Shown here: positions 45,167 through 51,448 of the stretch, piece by piece
Numbering within the stretch: position 1 is the first letter of the stretch
Layout: each line of letters starts with the position of its first letter
Origin: Eubacterium sp. CAG:786
Lineage (GTDB): Bacteria > Bacillota > Clostridia > Oscillospirales > Ruminococcaceae
Direction of reading: 5' to 3'
Assembly (NCBI GenBank): GCA_000432175.1
Contig: HF989398.1
Span: 1 to 51,448, forward strand
DNA: 51,448 nucleotides
Position numbers and translations under genes: made by a program
The notes under the pieces: model-generated
Seen by the model: the letters and a program-made list of their open reading frames with translations, nothing else
Database searches by the model: none
Told to the model about the DNA's origin: nothing

Positions 45167-45577
45167 ATGGCTAATCCCTACTCAGCATATAAGAAGCAGT
45201 CCGTTTCGACGATGACCCCCGTCGAGGTCGTCATCAAGCTTTACAGTGAGACCGAGCGCCAGCTCGCGATTGGTGTGAACGCAGTACGCAGCAAGGATAT
45301 CAAGAGGGCGCATGAGGCGTTCATGAAGGCGCAGGAGCTGCTTGGAGCGCTCCGCGGTTCGCTTGATATGGACGTACCGGTGTCGAAGAACCTTGACCAG
45401 CTGTACGACTTCTTCCAGCGGACGGCTGAAAAGGCGAACATCAAAAAGGACGAGGAAACGGCAGCTGAGGTCGAAAAGATAATCCCCATGGTCGGCGAAC
45501 TGCGCGACGCGTTCACGCAGATAAGCCAGATGACCAAGGAAGAGATCGAGGCGCAGGAGAAAGCCCGCAAGAAGTAA
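45167..45577 (+). CDS. fliS: Flagellin export chaperone FliS
   Basis: NPYSAYKKQSVSTMTPVEVVIKLY...KAQ...SLD...NLDQLYDF...ELRDAF. Confidence 0.94.
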   Translation: MANPYSAYKKQSVSTMTPVEVVIKLYSETERQLAIGVNAVRSKDIKRAHEAFMKAQELLGALRGSLDMDVPVSKNLDQLYDFFQRTAEKANIKKDEETAAEVEKIIPMVGELRDAFTQISQMTKEEIEAQEKARKK

Positions 45578-45595
45578 GCGGCAGGGGGTGTTATT

Positions 45596-46081
45596 ATGGC
45601 AGAATTACGTGGCTGCGAGGGCGTGATAACCATCTTTAAGCAGATCTACGAGACGCTGCAGGAATACGAAAAGCAGACGGACGCCATGAGTAACGCTGAT
45701 CTGGAAACGCTGCAGCAGGCGTTATTCGTACGTAACGAACTTATCGCGAAGCTTGAGGAACTCAGGCAGCAGGCAGAGGGCGTCATGGAACTTGAAATGC
45801 CCGAGGAGCGCCAGCTGCTCAACGACCTGACCCACGGCAGCTATGTCAGCGTGCCGCTTGACGAGCAGCACAAGGAACTGCAGCTTATCCAGCGGAACGT
45901 GACTGTTATAAAGCAGCGTATAGTTGACAAGGACAAGGTGATATCCGAGCAGTTCAAGAGCCAGCACATGGATTCCCGCAGGGAACTCGAACAGCTGAAG
46001 ATGACGCGCCAGAAGATAGGCTACTACAACAGCGCCGTCGTCGGCAGGGCAACGGGGCAGTCGCTGAATAAAAACCTTTAA
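45596..46081 (+). CDS. Helical flagellar chaperone-like protein (FliT/FlgN-like)
   Basis: All-helical, follows fliS; assignment rests mainly on position. Confidence 0.5.
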   Translation: MAELRGCEGVITIFKQIYETLQEYEKQTDAMSNADLETLQQALFVRNELIAKLEELRQQAEGVMELEMPEERQLLNDLTHGSYVSVPLDEQHKELQLIQRNVTVIKQRIVDKDKVISEQFKSQHMDSRRELEQLKMTRQKIGYYNSAVVGRATGQSLNKNL

Positions 46082-46084
46082 GTC

Positions 46085-46261
46085 AATTCGGAATTGTTGT
46101 GTCCGCTTGCGCGGACTTAATTTCAAAAACTATGATAGATACAACACAGGGCGAAAGAAGCAATTCACTTTCGCCCTGTGTTGTTTCATATCAAAGTTTT
46201 TAAAATATTATCGCCGGAGGCGATACCATAATTCCGAATTATGAATTACGAATTCCGAATT
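46085..46261. repeat. Palindromic repeat element copy 3
   Basis: aattcgg...gtccgc/gcggac...acaacacagggcgaaag-aagcaattca-ctttcgccctgtgttgt...tatcgcc-gga-ggcgata...ccgaatt heptamers. Confidence 0.85.
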
Positions 46262-46350
46262 AAAATCCCCCCTTTTGCTTCCGAATTGAACAAAATTTCT
46301 TCCACTTATTGTGCAATATTGCTGAAAAACCGTTTTATATTTCACGGTGC

Positions 46351-46379
46351 TTGAAAAAATCGCTGAAATACTGTATAAT
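46351..46379 (+). promoter_or_regulatory. SigA promoter of EAL-HDOD gene
   Basis: TTGAAA-17-TATAAT. Confidence 0.7.
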
Positions 46380-46438
46380 TACAGGTAGACTATGATGTGC
46401 CGGGGCGACCCGGCTGTATCCTGAGAGAGGTGATCCGC

Positions 46439-47653
46439 TTGGACGTGTACATGGCAAGGCAGCCGATATTTGATACCGACAACCATGTCTACGGCTATGA
46501 GCTGCTTTATCGCAGCAACGGCAGGCAGAATGAATACAACGGGCTCGACGGCGACGCTTCCACCGCTGACGTGGTGACCAACGCGTTCTTCGGGCTGAAT
46601 ATCACGGATATCATCGGCAATAACAAGGCGTTCATCAATTTCACTTCCAACCTGCTCAAGCGCGGGGTGCCGAAGATGATTGCGCCTGAACTCGTGGTGG
46701 TCGAAGTGCTGGAGAACCTCATGATGGACGAACAGCTTCTCGGCGCCTGTCAGGAACTTAAGGAGCGCGGCTACACCCTCGCGCTGGACGACTTTGAGTA
46801 CGACAACAGCTACAGCCAGCTGTTTGAGCTGGGCGACATCGTTAAGATAGACTTCCGCACGCCGCAGAAATCCATCGAGGAAACTGCGTATATCTGCCGG
46901 TATTCCAACAAGCTGATGCTGGCTGAGAAGATAGAGAGCCAGGAGGAATTCAAGTGGGCTAAGAAGCTGGGCTGCAGCTTCATGCAGGGGTATTACTTCG
47001 CGAAGCCCACCATCATGTCAAAGAACAGCATAACGCCGCTCCCGGTGAATTTCATGAGGGTCATGCAGCTGGTTTCCCAGCCGGAGCCGGAGTTCAGCGA
47101 TATCGTGGACGTTATTTCCTGCGACACCGCGATGTGCCAGCGTCTGCTGAGGCTCATCAACTCGGTGTATTTCGGCGTAAGGAACCGTGTAAGTTCCATC
47201 GGGCAGGCGCTCGTTATCCTGGGGCTTGATTACCTGCGCGAATGGATATACCTGATGGGCATGCAGCGCATAACCCGCAGCGACAATGTGGAACTCATGC
47301 GTATTTCCTGCCTGCTGGCAAAATTCTGCAAGCGGCTTGCCCTGATGATACCCGAAGCGGCTCCCGAAGCCGACTCGTACTACCTGATGGGTCTGCTTTC
47401 CATGGTGACTTACGGTGGCGAGCGCGCTCTGGCGCAGGCGCTTGAGGAATTCCCGCTGACGCCGGAGATAAAGAACGGTCTTATGGGCAAGGGCGGAGTT
47501 TACAGCGATGTGTTCGACCTCGCCTACAGCTACGAAAAGGCAGACTGGACGACGGTGGATATCTACGTAGAGAAATATCATCTCGACAGCTCAAAGGTAT
47601 CGGAGGCATTCATGCAGTGCGTCCGCGAAGCGGAAAAGGTCCGCATGATGTAA
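46439..47653 (+). CDS. EAL + HDOD domain c-di-GMP phosphodiesterase (YuxH/PdeH-like)
   Basis: ARQPIFD, YELLYR, FINF, VEVLE, LALDDF, VKIDF, LAEKIE, QGYYFAKP, then HDOD; TTG start with GAGGTGA. Confidence 0.9.
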   Translation: MDVYMARQPIFDTDNHVYGYELLYRSNGRQNEYNGLDGDASTADVVTNAFFGLNITDIIGNNKAFINFTSNLLKRGVPKMIAPELVVVEVLENLMMDEQLLGACQELKERGYTLALDDFEYDNSYSQLFELGDIVKIDFRTPQKSIEETAYICRYSNKLMLAEKIESQEEFKWAKKLGCSFMQGYYFAKPTIMSKNSITPLPVNFMRVMQLVSQPEPEFSDIVDVISCDTAMCQRLLRLINSVYFGVRNRVSSIGQALVILGLDYLREWIYLMGMQRITRSDNVELMRISCLLAKFCKRLALMIPEAAPEADSYYLMGLLSMVTYGGERALAQALEEFPLTPEIKNGLMGKGGVYSDVFDLAYSYEKADWTTVDIYVEKYHLDSSKVSEAFMQCVREAEKVRMM

Positions 47654-47671
47654 AGCAGAGAAAGGCATACA

Positions 47672-48769
47672 ATGGCATTTTTCCTTGATGAGATAAATAC
47701 CTGCCTTTGGGATAACCTCAGGCAGACGGATAAGAAGATAGTCCTCTATGGCATGGGCGACGGTGCGGAAAAGATAAAGACCGTGCTGGACGGCATAGGC
47801 GTCCCTGTTGCCGATATAATGGCGAGCGATGAATTCGTGCGGGGTCACAGCTTTCTTGGCTACCGCGTGAAGAAGCTATCCGAGATAGAGGAACTTTACG
47901 GCGACGATTTCCTGATACTGGTGTGCTTCGGCAGCCAGCTTCCGGACGTGATGGGGCATATCTGCAGTATCGCGGAAAAGCACGAGCTTTACGCCCCGAA
48001 TGTGCCGGTGGTGGGCGACGGGCTGTTCACGCTGGACTACGCAAGGGAACACCGCGACGAGCTTGCAAAGGTGTATTCCATGCTGGCAGACGAGCAGTCG
48101 AAGCTGGTTTTTGAGAACGTCGTACGCTACAAGCTGAGCGGAAAGCTGGAGTACCTGCGCGGGTGCGAAAGTCCCGAGGAGGAGATGTACGACCTGCTCA
48201 GGATAGGCGCTGATGAGACCTACGTTGACCTGGGCGCATACAACGGCGACACGATAGTGAAGTTCCTGAACGAAACGGGAATGCACTTCCGCAAGATATA
48301 CGCAATGGAACCCGACCACCGCAACTACGTCAAACTTAAACGCAGGCTGTATATGATAGGCTCCGGGCTGCTGGAGGCTTACAACTGTGGCGCGTGGGAC
48401 AGCGAAACGGTGATGCGGTTCAGCCTGCGCGCGGGGAGAAGTTCCAAGGTGGACGAAAACGACCCGGTGCGCGCTGCAAATCCCGCGAGATACCGCGAGG
48501 TGAACATGATGAGCGTGGACCACATGCTGCAGGGGGACGCGGCTACATTCATCAAGTACGATGTCGAGGGCAGCGAGAAGCAGGCGATAGACGGCGCTGC
48601 GCAGACTATATCCGCGTACCGTCCGAGGCTTTCGGTGGCGCTCTATCACCGCAACGAGGACATGTTCGCGATACCGCTGCAGATAGCCGCGATAAACAGG
48701 AAATACAGGTTCTACCTGCGCCATCACCCGTATATCCCCGACTGGGACACCAATTTATATTGCATCTGA
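47672..48769 (+). CDS. FkbM-family SAM-dependent methyltransferase
   Basis: YVDLGAYNGD, AMEPD, FIKYDVEGSE, P.L....YH. Confidence 0.9.
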   Translation: MAFFLDEINTCLWDNLRQTDKKIVLYGMGDGAEKIKTVLDGIGVPVADIMASDEFVRGHSFLGYRVKKLSEIEELYGDDFLILVCFGSQLPDVMGHICSIAEKHELYAPNVPVVGDGLFTLDYAREHRDELAKVYSMLADEQSKLVFENVVRYKLSGKLEYLRGCESPEEEMYDLLRIGADETYVDLGAYNGDTIVKFLNETGMHFRKIYAMEPDHRNYVKLKRRLYMIGSGLLEAYNCGAWDSETVMRFSLRAGRSSKVDENDPVRAANPARYREVNMMSVDHMLQGDAATFIKYDVEGSEKQAIDGAAQTISAYRPRLSVALYHRNEDMFAIPLQIAAINRKYRFYLRHHPYIPDWDTNLYCI

Positions 48770-48778
48770 GGTTAACGT

Positions 48779-49582
48779 ATGAAGATAGTTATAGGAATAG
48801 TGCTGATAGCGCTGGTGCTGCTGGGGCTTATCGCTTACCTGGTGCTGATGCTGAACGCACGGGAAATGATATTCTGCGGAGACGTGCAGAACCAGACCGG
48901 TACGTCCGCTTCCGTGACCAGGGTGTACACCACCGACCTTTCTGCGAACGAAACGCTCTCTGAGATAATCGTCAAGATGAACGAGTCTCAGGACGGTTCC
49001 GTCGCAGTAGAGGACCTGACGACGGTGCTGGCACAGTATCAGAATATAATCTACGCGCCGGTGTTCACGGTGGATATACAGCAGGTGGATACCGCGACGT
49101 ACATAATCAACGGCACGGTGTACAACGGCATCGACGCCAACGGCAACGAGGCCGAGCCGGATTACCGCTACCGCGACATGAACCTCGGCACCGTGGTGAC
49201 TGACGGCACCATAATCGCTGCCCAGAACGTCTACGACGAGGACAAGGAAGAAAACACCGACCCCGTGTTCATTCAGCGGCAGAATGTCATTGACCCGGTG
49301 ATAAAGGGAGAGGCTTCGGAAGCGTCGTTCGCGCTGCAGGACTGCAGCAGCTTCCGGCTGATAGTGCACGGGACAAATACGCAGACGCTCCCGGTGGTGA
49401 CATTTGTGTTCATCTACAATGTGGACGCTGAAAATCCGCTGGATTTCACGTCGATATCCAACGACTCGCTGGCTGTGAACATGAACATCGCATACGACGA
49501 CAAGGGTGAACTTGCGCCGACATACGAACTGGTAAAAACAGTCACCGCAGACACCGGGGAACTCATAAACGGAAGGAAATAA
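48779..49582 (+). CDS. Hypothetical membrane-anchored protein
   Basis: N-terminal hydrophobic helix, acidic beta-rich body, GAGG RBS, coding-like codon bias. Confidence 0.7.
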   Translation: MKIVIGIVLIALVLLGLIAYLVLMLNAREMIFCGDVQNQTGTSASVTRVYTTDLSANETLSEIIVKMNESQDGSVAVEDLTTVLAQYQNIIYAPVFTVDIQQVDTATYIINGTVYNGIDANGNEAEPDYRYRDMNLGTVVTDGTIIAAQNVYDEDKEENTDPVFIQRQNVIDPVIKGEASEASFALQDCSSFRLIVHGTNTQTLPVVTFVFIYNVDAENPLDFTSISNDSLAVNMNIAYDDKGELAPTYELVKTVTADTGELINGRK

Positions 49583-49586
49583 GCAG

Positions 49587-49619
49587 AACCGGGCAGCTTT
49601 CGCGCGCCCGGTTTGTTTT
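49587..49619 (+). terminator. Terminator-like hairpin
   Basis: aaccgggc...gcccggtt followed by tgtttt. Confidence 0.55.
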
Positions 49620-49633
49620 GGCGAGGTGAAGCT

Positions 49634-50518
49634 ATGGAATGCAGACTATGCCCCAGGGAATGCGGTGCCGACCGCGTGAACACCGTGGGCTTCTGCGGAA
49701 TGAAAAGCGGCGTGCGGGTGGCGCGCGCGGCTCTCCACCAGTGGGAGGAACCTTGTATAAGCGGCACGGACAGCGCCCGCGGGAGCGGCACCGTGTTCTT
49801 TTCCGGCTGTGTGATGAGGTGCATTTTCTGCCAGAACCACGATATCAGCGCCGGGGGTTACGGCAGGGATATTTCAACTGAGCGGCTTGCGGAAATATTC
49901 CTGGAGCTGCAGGAAAAGGGCGCGTGGAACATCAATCTCGTCAGCCCCACGCCGTTCGTCCCGGAAATAATACGCGCGCTGGACATGGTAAAGGGCAGGC
50001 TCGATATTCCGGTGGTGTACAACACCGGGGGCTATGAGCGGGTGGAAACTCTCCGCGCGCTGGAGGGCTGCGTCGATATCTACCTGCCGGACGTGAAGTA
50101 CTTTTCCGACGCGCTCGCGGTGGAACTTTCATCGGCGCCGCGCTACTTCGAAACGGCGATGGCTGCCGTTGAGGAAATGCTCCGGCAGACCGGCAGACCG
50201 CAGTATTCCCCGGACGGAATGCTGCAGAAAGGCGTTATCGTCAGACACCTCGTTATTCCCGGGCATTATCACGACTCGGAAGAGGTGATACGGCGCGTGG
50301 GTGAGCGCTTCGGGCAGGACGTGCTTTTCAGCCTGATGAGCCAGTACACACCGTTCTGGAAAGCCAGGGAGATAAAGTCGCTCAACCGCCGTCTGACTAC
50401 ATTCGAGTACCGCAAAGCGCTGGACGCGGTTTATGACGCGGGTCTGGAGGGCTTCATGCAGGAGCGGAGTTCCGCGAAAGAGGAATACACCCCGGATTTT
50501 GATCTGACGGGTATATAA
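49634..50518 (+). CDS. Radical SAM protein, PflX family
   Basis: CRLCPRECGADR...GFCG, HQWEEPCISG, CVMRCIFCQN, DIYLPDVKY, VIVRHLVIPG, SLMSQYTP. Confidence 0.9.
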   Translation: MECRLCPRECGADRVNTVGFCGMKSGVRVARAALHQWEEPCISGTDSARGSGTVFFSGCVMRCIFCQNHDISAGGYGRDISTERLAEIFLELQEKGAWNINLVSPTPFVPEIIRALDMVKGRLDIPVVYNTGGYERVETLRALEGCVDIYLPDVKYFSDALAVELSSAPRYFETAMAAVEEMLRQTGRPQYSPDGMLQKGVIVRHLVIPGHYHDSEEVIRRVGERFGQDVLFSLMSQYTPFWKAREIKSLNRRLTTFEYRKALDAVYDAGLEGFMQERSSAKEEYTPDFDLTGI

Positions 50519-50608
50519 ATTCAGAATACATTTAAAATTTACTTTACAAATTCCTTCTTTTGTGGTAAAGTAGTATTGTGAAAATATTTCATATAGAGGT
50601 AAACCAAA

Positions 50609-51373
50609 ATGACTGATTTCTCTAAACTCAACTTTGGCGTTGACGGCGACAGCATAACCGCAGGACAGCAGTGGAGCTGGCACGTTTATAACGAACTCGG
50701 CATGAAGAGCCACAGCAACGTTGCCGTGGGGAGTGCCGTGTGGTACAAGCGCACATTCGACGTGGCAGGTACTGCAGTCACCACGCAGGATTACAGCGAC
50801 CCTGATTTCGCTGGCATAAGCGACGGCTGGGAGCCTACCGACGACCCCGCTGAGATGCAGAGGCGCGCAAACAACTGCGCAGTCGTTCATATCCAGAGAT
50901 TTCTTGCCGAGGTGAAGTCGGGCAGCTTCCCGACACCGGATATATTCGCATTCGCGATGGGCACAAACGACCTTGAGGAATTCATCGGCGACCCTGAAAA
51001 GGCACTCAGCGGCAAGCAGCTTCCCGATAATGAGGATATCGACCTCTTCACGGAGGCAGGCGCGGCGCGCTGGTGCATACAGACGATACAGGAGAACTTC
51101 CCGCAGTGCAGGATATTCCTGCTCACGCCCATTCAGACTGCCACACCGGAGCACAACCGCAAGGTGGAAAAGACCATAGCATGCCTGCGCAGGATATGCC
51201 AGGGGCTTTCGGTGCAGGTCATCGATACATACAGCGGCTGCGGTATCTGCGAGAAATTCGAGGTGATAGGCGGCAGGGGCAAGTACCTTAAGGACGGACT
51301 TCACCCCGGCGCTGACGGGCAGCAGCTCGAGGGCGCATTCGCTGCCAAGGAGATACGCAACAACTATTTCTGA
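50609..51373 (+). CDS. Cytoplasmic SGNH/GDSL hydrolase
   Basis: GDSIT, AMGTND, LLTP, DGLHP blocks. Confidence 0.88.
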   Translation: MTDFSKLNFGVDGDSITAGQQWSWHVYNELGMKSHSNVAVGSAVWYKRTFDVAGTAVTTQDYSDPDFAGISDGWEPTDDPAEMQRRANNCAVVHIQRFLAEVKSGSFPTPDIFAFAMGTNDLEEFIGDPEKALSGKQLPDNEDIDLFTEAGAARWCIQTIQENFPQCRIFLLTPIQTATPEHNRKVEKTIACLRRICQGLSVQVIDTYSGCGICEKFEVIGGRGKYLKDGLHPGADGQQLEGAFAAKEIRNNYF

Positions 51374-51383
51374 GAGGTAAGCA

Positions 51384-51448
51384 ATGGAATTTCCTTTGGA
51401 ACTGCGCAGCGAGGTGGAGCGTCTGCTGTCCGCTGAGGACGGAAGGGC
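51384..51448 (+). CDS. 5' end of a gene running off the window (MEFPLELRSEVERLL...), possibly an Rsm22-like methyltransferase
   Basis: GAGGT RBS then ATG; only 21 codons visible, so the product is a guess. Confidence 0.4.
   Translation, partial: MEFPLELRSEVERLLSAEDGR

Noticed and set aside
47672..48769. FkbM as a flagellin-glycan methyltransferase
   Set aside because: No glycosyltransferase or sugar-pathway genes nearby; proximity alone is insufficient
50577..50595. Rex operator upstream of the last SGNH gene
   Set aside because: TTGTGAA half-site is present, but spacing and second half do not fit TTGTGAA-N4-TTCACAA

Overview
51.4 kb of chromosome from a monoderm (Gram-positive type) anaerobe, most likely a flagellated Oscillospiraceae/Ruminococcaceae-type clostridium. 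That is an inference from gene content, absence of a secretin, and strong GC3 codon bias. In order, the window holds: the end of a tRNA cluster (Lys, Glu, Ile2/CAT, Trp) followed by an AT-rich stretch that looks like a decayed integration site with an orphan Xre gene; a large lipoprotein; rpsF-ssb-rpsR; a pyrE / CofE-like ligase / mini-FliD unit; rny followed by a soluble [FeFe]-hydrogenase-like chemoreceptor, TetR and an aminotransferase; a MarR/ABC exporter; GNAT; an ECF sigma with its anti-sigma; and an SGNH lipoprotein. Next comes a ~25 kb surface-appendage locus: a complete monoderm type IV pilus cluster (pilC, pilMN, pilO, six class III pilin-type proteins, inverted pilD, pilB, pilT), abutting a sigma28-driven late flagellar operon (flgM-flgN-flgK-flgL-yviE-fliW-csrA-fliD-fliS-fliT-like, no flagellin), then an EAL-HDOD phosphodiesterase. 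FkbM, radical SAM and SGNH genes close the window. The most interesting non-coding signals are a ~180 bp heptamer-capped three-hairpin palindromic element (3 copies, with compensatory changes and an inverted central loop) and a second, unrelated ~160 bp MITE with a collapsed copy. No CRISPR array, integrase or transposase was seen. All calls are by eye; no searches were run.
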